A DNA stretch of 64,000 nucleotides from Candidatus Cloacimonadales bacterium (GCA_963662275.1 OY759316.1:2336001-2400000), one strand, 5' to 3'; positions 18,926-30,203 are shown, numbered from the stretch's first letter. Numbers and translations are program-made. The notes: generated from the letters alone by a model not told the origin.

Positions 18926-20786
18926 GAGACTGTTCATGAAGTTATTCATAATATTCAATAAGTTAGAAAGTAGCAAGTTGAAAAAAGTGGTCGAAACGGT
19001 CATAATTTAACATACCTTCCAGAATTGACAGATAAGCTCTGCTAAGGACACCAAATCACAAGTTAAGCTTTTTGACTAAAATTGAAAAACACGCGATTAT
19101 AAGTAATGTTTCGAAGCCGTTTCTGACTAAATGTGTAGTTAAAATCATATAAAATAGTTCTTTACAAGTTTTTTGCTATAGCTTCAATGGCATTTGTTAC
19201 CTGGTAACAAAAGGGAGGATATTATGACAAAAAAACACTCCAATTCAAGAAGCGGTAAGTGTTAGTCATGAAAGTAACCAATACCATGTAAGTATTAACG
19301 TACCATTTTCATTCACTTTGCCTGAGACAACATCAAACCACAAGTTCTTAATAGCGTTTCTACGCTTATTAGTAGGAATAGGCGGAGACAACCTCCTTAC
19401 ACTTCAGCAAATAGCTGATCTGTTTAACTACGCAGACCGCAGGAATGTACATAATTTCTGGCAAGAGTTTGAGCAGCATGGTCATGATATCCTGGCATAT
19501 TTAAGCCGGAAAGTTGACCTGCTGGAGTGTATTCCTCAGATCGAGAATTTTGTTATCAATAACCTGCTTTTACCTTTAAATGTCATGTATCAGGAGTTCA
19601 TCAGCCATCATGATTTTAAAATGTCCTATACCACTTTCTGCAAATATGCTTCTCAGGTCAATTCTCTGTCTGTAGTTAAGCAAGCTCAGAAGCTTCTTCT
19701 GAAAAAGACAGTAGGCGGTGATGCTGTACATCTGCTGAAACTGCTTGCCGGTCAGCAGAATACACCTGTTATCTGTGACAGACTCCTGGAACAAATGAAG
19801 ACTGCTAAAGGCAATACATCCCATAGAACCGCCGATGCAAAGCCGTTCCATAGTCTGGAACGCAAGAACCTGTGTCTGCTGGTACATTACCTGGTTGGAA
19901 GCGGTATGAACTTCGAGACGATAGCTTTGCTGCTCAACACCTGTAAAGCTACAGTCTCAAATCTCTGGCATGAAATCGCTGACCTGCAGAGCCTGATTCT
20001 GAACTCAATCGGTAAGTGGAGCGGAAAGATCAGCATTGATGAGAAATATGTGAAGATCAAAGGTATTCCGTACTATGTCATCAGTATTGTTGATTTTGTG
20101 ACTCACATCCCTCTGTTTTGTGAGTTGTATCCTGACACAAAGAAAGAATCATTCGAAGCATGTTTCAGAACCTTCAGACAGCTCTACAGGAAAGATCCAA
20201 CCCTGATTGTCAGTGATGGCAGTAAATCGTTAGCAGTTGCAAGAAAAACAGTGTTTCCAAAAGTCCATTACCAACTCTGTAAGTTCCATAAGATACGAAA
20301 TCTCTTCAAAAGAATCAGTCAATGTCATCTCCCTGAAGACAGGGACAAGTTCTTTAAGAAGAGGATTATGAAAGCTTTCCGAAGAGAAACGGCGGGCGGA
20401 AGGAAAAAGGGTATCGCAAGCCTGACAGCTATTACTCCCCCAACCGCCGCCGAATACATCAAAAGCAATATCATTAGTGATTGGAGACACCTCAGCAAAG
20501 GTTTGACTTCCAATGTCTCTGAACGCTGGAACCGCAAAATCAAGAAGGTGACATCCGGTAGATTTGGACTAAAATCTGAAGAAACCACCCGCAACCTTGT
20601 GTTTTCGCTTTGGTTCAAAGAACTGGTCGATAAAGGTCAACCAATCATGCGTCAGGAATCACTTTTAGCAAGTTTAAATATCTCCCGCATATGTCAAGAA
20701 AATGTGGATTGGTCGCACTTAGACCACTTTTTCTCTGTCACTACCAATAAGGCTGCGTAAAATGGAGGTTAATTTTGAACAGTCTC
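18926..20786 (+). mobile_element. Insertion sequence, IS256/Mutator-like, copy 2
   Basis: Same TIRs and same translated protein as copy 1 (offset 6941). It has its own 8-bp TSD AAATGAAA (18918-25 and 20787-94). Confidence 0.92.
19318..20760 (+). CDS. DDE transposase, same protein as 12377-13819
   Basis: Identical 480-aa translation in the ORF track. Confidence 0.85.
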   Translation: MPETTSNHKFLIAFLRLLVGIGGDNLLTLQQIADLFNYADRRNVHNFWQEFEQHGHDILAYLSRKVDLLECIPQIENFVINNLLLPLNVMYQEFISHHDFKMSYTTFCKYASQVNSLSVVKQAQKLLLKKTVGGDAVHLLKLLAGQQNTPVICDRLLEQMKTAKGNTSHRTADAKPFHSLERKNLCLLVHYLVGSGMNFETIALLLNTCKATVSNLWHEIADLQSLILNSIGKWSGKISIDEKYVKIKGIPYYVISIVDFVTHIPLFCELYPDTKKESFEACFRTFRQLYRKDPTLIVSDGSKSLAVARKTVFPKVHYQLCKFHKIRNLFKRISQCHLPEDRDKFFKKRIMKAFRRETAGGRKKGIASLTAITPPTAAEYIKSNIISDWRHLSKGLTSNVSERWNRKIKKVTSGRFGLKSEETTRNLVFSLWFKELVDKGQPIMRQESLLASLNISRICQENVDWSHLDHFFSVTTNKAA

Positions 20787-20890
20787 AAATGAAAGATAGA
20801 AGGGATTAGATGATAATCAATTGACAAGATCGCAGGATATAATGATTGGGATGATAATTAATGATTCGGTATAAGCCAAAGTGAGACAAA

Positions 20891-21874
20891 ATGGATAACA
20901 GAATTAGAGAATACTTCAATGAAAAAGTGCTTAGTGAAGCAGCAGCCTATTATAGCACCAGCATACCTGAACTAAAGGGATTGGATGGATTCGAAAACTT
21001 TATCTATGAGTTTGAACAATCCGGCAAAGCATATATACTGAGAATATCCCATACCAGCCGGCGCACCAAAGATATGATCGATGCCGAAATGCACTGGATA
21101 GAATATCTGCACGATCACAGAGTGAATTGTTCATTACCTTTGAAATCAAATAACGGCAACCTGGTGGAAATCGTGGGAGTGGGAGAGCACAGCTTCGTCG
21201 TTTGCGCCTTCGATAAAGTTCCCGGCTGCCATATCACCAAAGTACTGGATACTAAACAGCTTCGATATAATTACGGACGACAATTAGGCAGGATGCACCG
21301 TGTAACAAAGGACTATCAATCCAAAACTACACAACGGATTCAATGGTTTGAAGATGAACTGGTGAGTGGATTTGATCGTGTAGTGCCTCCAGATCAAAAG
21401 ATAATTATGGATAAAATGCGAGAAAACACCCAGCAGGTTATGGCTATGAACACGAATCGGGATAACTTCGGCTTAGTACACTTCGATGTACACATCAGTA
21501 ATTTCTTTGTACACAATGAAGATATATATATATATGACTTTGATGATTCGCAATATGCTTTCTTTGCGGCAGACATTGCCATCGTCATGTTCTATTTTAC
21601 TGAATACTGTCCCAAAGGCGGGAATAGAGAAGAGTTCATCAACGAGTTTTACCGGGACTTCATGCAAGGTTATAATTCTGAGAACTCACTGCCGGCAGAA
21701 GAGCTTGCCAAGATACCTATCTTCCTGAAGCAACGCGAATTGATACTATATGCAGCAGTCATTCAAGCCTATCGCGGAGTGGAATTTGATGCTTGGGCAA
21801 ATTGGTATATGACAGGCAGGCAAGAAAAACTGGAACAGGATGTACCCTTTGTGAATATCTCGCTTATTCCTTAA
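20891..21874 (+). CDS. APH/choline-kinase-like phosphotransferase (YerI/SrkA-like)
   Basis: GFENFIY, ILRI, LGRMH, GLVHFDVHISNF (Brenner motif), YDFDD. Confidence 0.85.
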   Translation: MDNRIREYFNEKVLSEAAAYYSTSIPELKGLDGFENFIYEFEQSGKAYILRISHTSRRTKDMIDAEMHWIEYLHDHRVNCSLPLKSNNGNLVEIVGVGEHSFVVCAFDKVPGCHITKVLDTKQLRYNYGRQLGRMHRVTKDYQSKTTQRIQWFEDELVSGFDRVVPPDQKIIMDKMRENTQQVMAMNTNRDNFGLVHFDVHISNFFVHNEDIYIYDFDDSQYAFFAADIAIVMFYFTEYCPKGGNREEFINEFYRDFMQGYNSENSLPAEELAKIPIFLKQRELILYAAVIQAYRGVEFDAWANWYMTGRQEKLEQDVPFVNISLIP

Positions 21875-22080
21875 CTCTAAATCATCTTTCTCTCCTTCTT
21901 ACTGATAGAGTTGACCCCCACTATACTTCGACTTCGCTCAGCAACCGTCAGATTCGGAAGGTGAATTACAGTAAGCAAGTAACAGAGTTGCCCCCCTACC
22001 CCCCTTCCCAAGTGGGGAAAGCTTCCGTCCTACTTGCATAATCACCCAAACCTGCAAATGAATATCACCAGCCATGTGAC

Positions 22081-22110
22081 AAAAAAGCCCCACTGTATGC
22101 AGCGGGGCTT
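22081..22110 (-). terminator. Rho-independent terminator
   Basis: AAGCCCC..GGGGCTT hairpin with a U-tract on the minus strand, just after the stop at 22132. Confidence 0.75.
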
Positions 22111-22131
22111 AAGCATATTGGAATTTTGGAA

Positions 22132-24369
22132 CTATTTGATCTTGATTATTTTCTTAGTAACGTTTGTAACAGAAGTGCTCATTTGGGCGAAGTAAATTCC
22201 GCTTCCGCAGCCTTTTCCATCCCAAGTCAGGCTATGATTACCTTCGCCAACATCGAAGGTTTTCACCATTTGACCACGGACATTGTAGATGGTAACTTTG
22301 CCGAAATCACCAGCTTTCACTGAAACGCTGATATTGTTTGTCTGACCGTCACGGAATGGATTGGGGTAGACAGCATTAAGTGTAGAGATATCCGGTAGAA
22401 CAGGAGTGGGGTTACCAGTTATTTTTACTCTCTGAGGTCCATGCAGGACATTTCCGCCGTTAAAGTCAACATTTTCCACCCAGTAGTAGTAAGTGTGATT
22501 GGTTTCAATTTCTGCATCGCTCATAGAATAAACATGCTGCTCGGAAGTATTGGTGGCAGTGATGATATCTGTGTTTAAGCGTGAAGCATTGTTAACCATA
22601 TCATCTTCAGAACGATAAACGTTATATCCTAAAACATGAGTTTCAGATTCGGTAACCCAAACCAGGTTTACATACATATTAGCCGTCAGGACAGCAGTGA
22701 AGCTTGAGAGCTCTACCGGTAAGGTGGCGTCCTCGCTAGATATTATTACCGGGATCTCGTTGTTTGTGCCAAATGGCAGGTTTGCAAACGTCGTAAATCC
22801 ACCATTTTGTGGATAGCTGCTGCTTCTGTGCCAGCCTAATCCTCCGTCTGAGGGATCATCGTAGTAGGCTATCACATACCAGGTACCCGCTGGAAGGTCA
22901 ATCTTCAGGTCTGTGCCATGGGAACCTGTAAAGACCATCACCTTTGCGCTGGGTAGTGGATTGAGGGGCAAGGGCACCGTCAGTGTTTCCAGGCTACCGG
23001 GTTGAACGTCTAGTGGGATATTGGGATCGGCAGTATATATGTATCCGGCAAGATCAGCGTAGATGAAGGTTCCGGTGAAGGTGATGTTTCTATCGGAATT
23101 GAGATTGTTGATGATGTTGCTGTTCGAGCCGGGAGCAAGACTGAAAACATAGTTTTCCTTTTCAGCCTGGAAAGTACCGTTGTATCCGGCGGGCAGAACT
23201 ATCGGCAATATGGGGTCAATTCCATAATTGGTCGTACCAGTATAGATACGGACTCCGTCGATGTTTCCTGTGCTGATATTGATGTTGTAACCGGCTGAAG
23301 TGGTAGTAAAGGAAATCTCTCCACCATAGCCAAATCCTCCACCGTTTGCCCCCCAGGCTCTGACATAATAGGTTTGCCCCGGTGTCAGGCCTGTGACACT
23401 ATAACTGAAGGGACCGGTCGTGTTTACCGGACCCCAGTAGTGATAAGGATCAACCATGGGGTATGCATAGGTCGGATTTCCGGTTGTGTTCCAGACAAAA
23501 CCAATGACAGGATAGTCGCTACCTACACTGGAAAGCGTGCCATTTAGGGTGGCTGAATCTTCGCCTACCAGCGTTGCAGCTTGTGTAGTAACGGTAGGAG
23601 GAGTGGGAGAACCTATCCACTGGACAGAGCTTCCAAGCATTGCAAATTGTCCCGGACTCATAGGAACTGCGTAATTTCTGGTAACGGTATATTGTCCTTC
23701 AGTAAAAGGGTATGACTGAAGTAGATTGGGTTGAGGTGAAGTGATTGAAAGGTTCATATTGGCAACGATATCCGCCTGCTCTCTTTTGCAGTTCCAATGT
23801 CTGAATTCGTCCATTCTTCCCTTATACAAGTTGAGTACTTGCGCATCCTCCCCTAATTTAAACCCCAAAGCAGGGAGAGGATCATCCAGGATTAGATCTA
23901 TGGACTGATCAAAAACTCCGTTTATATAGATGCCATTGGGAGAAGTCCCGCCGATTCCCCAGATTACTGCTACATGCGACCATTGAAAGAGCGGCAAGGG
24001 AGCATTGCCTGTAGTAACCGTAACACCGGTAGATGTTCTGTTACGAAATATCACATTCCTGTTCACGTTAGTGCCAAAATCATAACCAGAATTCCCAATG
24101 CTTCCTAAGTGGCCCCCAAATATTTCTAAACGATCTGGATTTCCTCCGATCAAAGGTTCCATAGGGTAAACCCATGCTTCCATTGTAAAATCTCCTGCTT
24201 GAAGAGGTACTTGTGTGCTTATATAATTTCCAGATAGGCGTGGGAAGTATACACAATTGGTTTGCACAGTTGCGAAAATCAACCCGGTTGTTAGTAACAG
24301 CAGTAAAACAACTGCCGTTTTGTTCATCCATCCTCTGTAGAGGACACTTGTCAGATTGTTTTTGTTCAT
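22132..24369 (-). CDS. Secreted LamG-like + FN3-like protein with LPVEL module and T9SS-like C-terminus
   Basis: FTMEAWVYP..WSHVAV..YKGRMDEFRHWN; LTPGQTYYVRAWG; LPVELSSF; YPNPF. AGGAG RBS precedes ATG 24369. Confidence 0.8.
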   Translation of the reverse strand: MNKNNLTSVLYRGWMNKTAVVLLLLLTTGLIFATVQTNCVYFPRLSGNYISTQVPLQAGDFTMEAWVYPMEPLIGGNPDRLEIFGGHLGSIGNSGYDFGTNVNRNVIFRNRTSTGVTVTTGNAPLPLFQWSHVAVIWGIGGTSPNGIYINGVFDQSIDLILDDPLPALGFKLGEDAQVLNLYKGRMDEFRHWNCKREQADIVANMNLSITSPQPNLLQSYPFTEGQYTVTRNYAVPMSPGQFAMLGSSVQWIGSPTPPTVTTQAATLVGEDSATLNGTLSSVGSDYPVIGFVWNTTGNPTYAYPMVDPYHYWGPVNTTGPFSYSVTGLTPGQTYYVRAWGANGGGFGYGGEISFTTTSAGYNINISTGNIDGVRIYTGTTNYGIDPILPIVLPAGYNGTFQAEKENYVFSLAPGSNSNIINNLNSDRNITFTGTFIYADLAGYIYTADPNIPLDVQPGSLETLTVPLPLNPLPSAKVMVFTGSHGTDLKIDLPAGTWYVIAYYDDPSDGGLGWHRSSSYPQNGGFTTFANLPFGTNNEIPVIISSEDATLPVELSSFTAVLTANMYVNLVWVTESETHVLGYNVYRSEDDMVNNASRLNTDIITATNTSEQHVYSMSDAEIETNHTYYYWVENVDFNGGNVLHGPQRVKITGNPTPVLPDISTLNAVYPNPFRDGQTNNISVSVKAGDFGKVTIYNVRGQMVKTFDVGEGNHSLTWDGKGCGSGIYFAQMSTSVTNVTKKIIKIK

Positions 24370-24427
24370 TTCATCTCCTTTTGTCAAAATTAATCTCTAC
24401 TTAGTATTGTTCATTACTATCCATATA

Positions 24428-24444
24428 AGCAATACATGGGCCAA
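24428..24444 (-). promoter_or_regulatory. Putative sigma-54 (-24/-12) promoter
   Basis: The minus strand reads TTGGCCC-ATGTA-TTGCT, with canonical GG-N10-GC spacing, about 60 bp upstream of the ATG. Confidence 0.55.
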
Positions 24445-24910
24445 CGTCATTGGGAGAGATATAACATGCACGCGGCTATGTAGATACAGTATTTTTTTGG
24501 CAAATAAGACATAATGAAATATACTTCGCTTTATCTTCACTATTGCATAATTGCAATGCAATAGTGAAATAACCAAGCACCTTCTCGTTCTTAACTTGTG
24601 GGGGAAAGCCTAAATTGATTAAGGCAATTTTGCAGAATTGCCTGCACATCATGGCGAATTCACTTTGTATATGCAATCTTTGTACTTGTCTTATCGCTTA
24701 ACCTGTTTTTTCTTGACAAAATCAGAACCTTCATATTTTATGCAATTATATAATAAGTGTGTACTTATGAGTTTTTAAATAATTTCATATAACTAATCGC
24801 ATGGAGTTTGCATCTCTCTGTAAATAAACTAAATAACGTGAAATTGATTGTGTGCTGTTGCTATACAGGGCTGCTTTCAAGTTATGCGTTCTTGACTGGG
24901 AGAATTCGTT

Positions 24911-25912
24911 ATGAATAAGAAAATATATATAATACTGTTATTAATAGCTGCGTTAAGTTCTTTGTCAGCCCAGACCTTCAACTGGTATTCCCAGGCTGAT
25001 AGTCGCTGGAAACATGATACTCTCGGTAATTCCCGCTATAATACTATTGGGCGCAGCGGCTGTGTCCTTTCCTGTTTAAGTATGCTTGTCAATGCCGAAG
25101 CATCAACTCCGGCAGTTACCCCCGATCTTCTCAACTCCTGGCTTCAGCGTAATAATGGTTTCCGTGGTGCAGATATGAGATGGGAAGTTCTTTCTGACTT
25201 CGATGATACAATAGCAGGAATTCAGTATGAAGGGCAAAACAACCATAGGAATGATTGGGAATATCTCTCCAATGAAATCACAAAAGGTAATAAAGTTGTC
25301 GTAAAAGTTGGTTACGGAAGAGGACATTGGGTTTTAGTCATAGCTCAGAGTGGTCCTCAAAACAATCCGGCATCCTATATCGTCAACGATCCGGGGATTA
25401 GTCAATATAGATTCAAAACACTAGCGGATTGGGGTGGTTTTCGTGCTGCACGGTCATATTCAGGTAACTGGATTGATGCAAACACTGTTAAAATGCAAAC
25501 GAGTCTAACCGTTGCACCTGTATCAAAGAATGAATCCTTTTTATATAACCTGATTCATCTTGATCATCCTGCAGATGTATTTGTCAGTGTAAAAAACAAT
25601 CTACAAGTACCTATTGTCGGTTACTTTCTTTTAGCTATGTTTGATCAGGATGGTAATTATCTGAAGGTTATCGATTCAGAATTGAGTGCTATTCCCAAAA
25701 ATGAAGTGAAGGATTTCTTGTATTCAATTGAAAATATGCAAGAACTTCTGGAAAATAAATATGAATTACGTCTTATTTTCTCCAAATCTTATCGGGAAGG
25801 TGAGAACCCTGAAAGTGTTATCGCCCTAAGTCCTGAAGAGGGCGAGAATACTCTTTCCTATAAATTTGTCGATAATCCTGATGATACATCAGAGGAAGTT
25901 AATTCGAATTAA
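24911..25912 (+). CDS. Secreted peptidase C39-like protein
   Basis: YSQADSRW, TIGRSGCVLSCLSM (Cys), GHWVLV (His), VNDPG (Asp). Confidence 0.75.
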   Translation: MNKKIYIILLLIAALSSLSAQTFNWYSQADSRWKHDTLGNSRYNTIGRSGCVLSCLSMLVNAEASTPAVTPDLLNSWLQRNNGFRGADMRWEVLSDFDDTIAGIQYEGQNNHRNDWEYLSNEITKGNKVVVKVGYGRGHWVLVIAQSGPQNNPASYIVNDPGISQYRFKTLADWGGFRAARSYSGNWIDANTVKMQTSLTVAPVSKNESFLYNLIHLDHPADVFVSVKNNLQVPIVGYFLLAMFDQDGNYLKVIDSELSAIPKNEVKDFLYSIENMQELLENKYELRLIFSKSYREGENPESVIALSPEEGENTLSYKFVDNPDDTSEEVNSN

Positions 25913-26017
25913 TCATCGTATCTGGTCTTGACATTAAACAAATAAGTACAATCTTCTTTACATTTTTTCTATCGACTTTATCATGACATATAAATTGATT
26001 CAAGCGTGTGATGGTAT

Positions 26018-27880
26018 ATGAAATATTGTATTGTAATTACTCTTGTCTGTATCTTTAGCCTATTTCTGTGTATTTTACATGCAGATGCTCAGGATGTGGA
26101 ACAGCTCTTAAAACAGGCTAAGATTACTTATTCCACTGCAGTATTTGCTGAAGATGGCGATTATATCGGATATATCGGCACAACAAATCACATTGAATGC
26201 AAATCCCTTTCTGAGATATCTCCCACAGTCGTTGATGCTTTACTTGCTACAGAAGATCGTGATTTTCTAACGCATGAAGGGATTTCGATCCGTGGACTTA
26301 TGAGAGCGACCGTTAATAATCTGAAAGGTTCCCATGAAGGTGGCAGTACCATTACGATGCAGCTTGCACGTACATTATATCTAACTCGGGAAAAGACGAT
26401 TAAACGCAAATTAGCAGAAATTGATATTGCCATGAGACTTGAAAGTATGCTCACAAAGCAGGAAATCCTTTTACTCTATTTGAATACTATGTACTACGGG
26501 CATGGCACTTACGGTATTTGGGCAGCTTCCCAGGAGTATTTCAGTAAACGTCCTTCTCGCTTGACTGTTCCTGAAGCATGTATGATTGTTGGTTTACTCA
26601 ACGCTCCTTCTGCATATGAACCTACTGCTTATCCAAAAAAAGCAATAGCTCGCAGAAATGTAATTCTTCATAATTTGGCTGAAATTGGTAAAATATCAAA
26701 TGCAGATTATGAGAAGTATGAAAAGATGCCTTTAAATCTCCATATTCGAAAACCCATCGGACAAAGTTTTATTGAATACTTAAGACAGACTTCCGGTTCA
26801 CAATTGAAATCCTTGGGTAAGAGTTTCAATGATGGATTGGTCATTATCAGTTCCCTTCAGTCGCAACTCCAACAAGCAGCCGAATATACGGTAAATGCAA
26901 ATTGGTCAAAATTTCCACCTGCCATGAAGACAGCACAGATTGGACTAATCAGCATTGATACCGATACCGGCAAGATAGTGGCAATGGTTGGGGGAAATCC
27001 ACAAGCCTCTCCTCGTGGAATTAATCATACTACCCAAATCAGAAGACAGCCTGGTTCTTCATTTAAGCCATTCGTATATGCAAGTGTTTTGGAAAATGGT
27101 CACCACCTTCGGGAAATGATCAAGAATACTCCCATCTCCGTTAAGGATGGCAGTCAAACAGTTTGGACTCCGACGAATCTTAAAAATCATAATAATGCCG
27201 GATCAGTAGTGACGATGAGAGCAGCGATCAAACATTCACTTAATTTACCTGCAATTCATGCTATCCTGAGTTTCACAACTCCTGATTCTGTTGTAGACCT
27301 GGCTTATCGCTGTGGTATCAGGTCTCCCCTTCGCGCCTTTCCATCCCTGGCTTTAGGAACAAGTGAAGTCTCTCCCCTGGAAATGGCTTCCGCATATGCA
27401 GTATTTGCAAACCAAGGATTGTATCATACTCCAACTTCAATTGTAAAAATTATTGACAACAACGGAAAAGTCCTCTATCAAGCTACATATTCAAATCATC
27501 TGGCTTTATCACAGGATGTTGTTTTTGAGTTAACAAGTGCCTTAAAAGATGTCGTAAATGGTGGAACCGGGTATACCGTGAGAGCTATTTATCGAGGTGT
27601 TGCAGCAGGAAAAACCGGGACAACAGAAAATAGCACAGATGCCTGGTTTATAGGTTACAATCGAAAAATAAGTACCGCCATCTGGGTTGGTTTCGATGGA
27701 AAATATCAAAAACTTCCTTCCGGCTATGATTATGGAGGAGTTGTTTGCGGTCCTATCTGGGGAGGATACATGGCTCGAGCAGCCAATTATTACCCTGAAA
27801 GTCAAAAACTCGATTTCATTCAGCCCGATTCCTTGGAATTGGGCTTACCTTTACAAGATAATATTAAAAGTCAAGACTGA
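26018..27880 (+). CDS. Class A penicillin-binding protein (transglycosylase/transpeptidase)
   Basis: ATEDRDF..H.G, GGSTITMQL, RK..E; transpeptidase motifs SSFK, SLN and KTGT. Confidence 0.92.
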   Translation: MKYCIVITLVCIFSLFLCILHADAQDVEQLLKQAKITYSTAVFAEDGDYIGYIGTTNHIECKSLSEISPTVVDALLATEDRDFLTHEGISIRGLMRATVNNLKGSHEGGSTITMQLARTLYLTREKTIKRKLAEIDIAMRLESMLTKQEILLLYLNTMYYGHGTYGIWAASQEYFSKRPSRLTVPEACMIVGLLNAPSAYEPTAYPKKAIARRNVILHNLAEIGKISNADYEKYEKMPLNLHIRKPIGQSFIEYLRQTSGSQLKSLGKSFNDGLVIISSLQSQLQQAAEYTVNANWSKFPPAMKTAQIGLISIDTDTGKIVAMVGGNPQASPRGINHTTQIRRQPGSSFKPFVYASVLENGHHLREMIKNTPISVKDGSQTVWTPTNLKNHNNAGSVVTMRAAIKHSLNLPAIHAILSFTTPDSVVDLAYRCGIRSPLRAFPSLALGTSEVSPLEMASAYAVFANQGLYHTPTSIVKIIDNNGKVLYQATYSNHLALSQDVVFELTSALKDVVNGGTGYTVRAIYRGVAAGKTGTTENSTDAWFIGYNRKISTAIWVGFDGKYQKLPSGYDYGGVVCGPIWGGYMARAANYYPESQKLDFIQPDSLELGLPLQDNIKSQD

Positions 27881-27937
27881 TTCAGTTCATGAATTAGAAT
27901 ATGGAGTATTAATAATGAACTAATAGGAGGTAATATT

Positions 27938-30046
27938 ATGAAATCACCCCTTCTCGTTCTCTTGATGCTCGTGTTAGCATTATCCTGTTTCGCCCAAGAC
28001 CACATATTGATCGACGCTGTCCATGGAGCCAACTACTTCTCTTCACCTGACGGTCCACGAAATATTGATTTCCAAGCCATTTTCCCCAACGACATAATAA
28101 CGGTCGCAAATCCCGACAGTTTGGCAGGAATGACATACCTGATTGATACCACCTATTTGGTCCAGGAGGGTAATTTGACCTTCACAATCGATCTGCCTGA
28201 AAGTGCACCTGCAGATTGTATACAAACCTTGTATGTTAATCTTGATAATTACCATGACTTCTTCAGTTTTGTTTCAGGTACGATAACCAATCCGAATGGT
28301 GATTTAGTACAAAATCTGTATGCTGGTAATGGTCATGCTGATAATGCATACGGAGCCGGATGGGTTGTACAAATTCAATTTGCGATTGAAACATGGGGTG
28401 AGTCACAACATATCCGTATAGGCTATGGAAACACGTTATTTTCCAGTTCAGCACATACGGGGTTATACGATCCTGCCAATTACGATGCTATTCTTAGTTT
28501 CTATAATAATTACTATTTTGCGTTTCTGGAAGATGCTCCTGATTATTCAGAGACAGATACACAAGCTCTGACTGAGGCATTTCAAAATGGCTTAAGCATG
28601 ATGCTTGCATACAACTATGCAACGGCTATTCCCGCAAAGCCCTTCATTCATATGTACACTAAAGATGATATGAATGCATCTGTCCAGGTTACTGTACCGG
28701 GAAAGAGATCATTTGCATTACCAAAACCGGAAGGGAATGAAAAGACTTTTGGCTGGAAGAACATACAGTTGAAACCAAACTCTGAGAACGAGCATCTCTG
28801 GGAATGTGCATCCAATCAACGATTCAATTTCATTGATTTTAACTTAACAGGAACAAATATCCATTTCCGAAATCAGACAGACACACCTCTATATGATCTG
28901 ATACTGGTTAAGAACATCGATCATCAACATTTCAAGATAGGGATCAAGGATAATCTGAAACCGGGTATTGACTCTCAAGTCAAAGAATGGAAGTCATTAA
29001 CAACTACCCAGGCAAAGGACTTCCTCAAGGAGGAATTATACAAGCAATGCCTGGAAGCTGGATTGACCGAGAAAGAAGCTCATCAATTTTCATATGGCTT
29101 ACCATGGGTAGATATCCTTATACTGAGGGCTATGCTACATTCTGATCAGTACTTTGGCTTCTATCATTTTGATAATGCCATATTTGACCGGTTGATTCCT
29201 TTGGATATCAAACCCACGCCATCTGCAAAAGAACGTAACTTATGGGTTTTGCTTTCTAATATTCAGCCAAGACAATCAGAACCAGCTCTAACATTAAATT
29301 CTCTCTTAGATAATGAAAAACAGGTGAATGGCAGCGAGGATTTCATCTATCGGGAATATGGAATGGTGGATGAACATTACTCAATGTCCCGTTCTCAAAG
29401 GAATATGGAATTCTTTGGATTCGACATTGATGCTGAATCGGTGTATGGATTCCCTCCATTCGCTGCATACGATAATCCTATGGGAAACGAATTAGCAGAA
29501 TTCACTTCGGTTGTTGGACAAACTGATGGTTCATTGAAATTCATTGTCGATAATCCAAGTCAAACTGGTATCTTTTCTTGTGAAAACGATCCTTTTCATC
29601 CAATCATTTTTGGTAAACGATTCTTGAATAATGGCAGGCTCATGGTATTGGGAGATACAGAGCAATTTTTATCAAATAGCGGTTATCCCTTCGTAAATGC
29701 AGCTATGAATTCGTTGATTCATAGTCCGAACCTGGGTACTCAAAACGCTTCGCCCTTGATCCCAATGCGAGAGAAAGTGCAGATATTCAATTATCCAAAT
29801 CCTTTTAATCCTGAAACAACAATCAAATTCTCTATACCTGAAAAGGGAAAAGTTGAAATTGAACTTTATAATATTAAAGGACAACTCATAAAACGAATAA
29901 TTTTTTTAAATATGGAAAGAGGATTGCATTCAATTCAGTGGAATGGTTTAAATCAAAATCATGAACAGGTTGCTTCTCAGATTGTTCTTTGTAGAATGCG
30001 ATATGAAGGTCGCGAGTATATACGAAAGATGGTCTTGGTGAAGTAA
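27938..30046 (+). CDS. Secreted hypothetical protein with T9SS-like C-terminus (paralog 1)
   Basis: Signal peptide and NYPNPFNPET C-terminal domain. Colinear similarity to the next gene. Confidence 0.8.
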   Translation: MKSPLLVLLMLVLALSCFAQDHILIDAVHGANYFSSPDGPRNIDFQAIFPNDIITVANPDSLAGMTYLIDTTYLVQEGNLTFTIDLPESAPADCIQTLYVNLDNYHDFFSFVSGTITNPNGDLVQNLYAGNGHADNAYGAGWVVQIQFAIETWGESQHIRIGYGNTLFSSSAHTGLYDPANYDAILSFYNNYYFAFLEDAPDYSETDTQALTEAFQNGLSMMLAYNYATAIPAKPFIHMYTKDDMNASVQVTVPGKRSFALPKPEGNEKTFGWKNIQLKPNSENEHLWECASNQRFNFIDFNLTGTNIHFRNQTDTPLYDLILVKNIDHQHFKIGIKDNLKPGIDSQVKEWKSLTTTQAKDFLKEELYKQCLEAGLTEKEAHQFSYGLPWVDILILRAMLHSDQYFGFYHFDNAIFDRLIPLDIKPTPSAKERNLWVLLSNIQPRQSEPALTLNSLLDNEKQVNGSEDFIYREYGMVDEHYSMSRSQRNMEFFGFDIDAESVYGFPPFAAYDNPMGNELAEFTSVVGQTDGSLKFIVDNPSQTGIFSCENDPFHPIIFGKRFLNNGRLMVLGDTEQFLSNSGYPFVNAAMNSLIHSPNLGTQNASPLIPMREKVQIFNYPNPFNPETTIKFSIPEKGKVEIELYNIKGQLIKRIIFLNMERGLHSIQWNGLNQNHEQVASQIVLCRMRYEGREYIRKMVLVK

Positions 30047-30203
30047 TTTTCGATATCTAGTTCTTGCCATTTAATGAAAATGTGCCAGAATTTGATGGTT
30101 ATTTGGAATATTAGTAATAATCATTCTTTAGTTTGTAATCTGATTTTAATCAGCATTAAAACTAAGGAGATAGAAAACTGTAAATTAATCATGAGGAGAA
30201 ACA

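Noticed and set aside
11985..20786. Composite transposon that delivered the RAYT/array
   Set aside because: Each IS copy has its own distinct 8-bp TSD and the array continues outside copy 1, so the insertions were independent.
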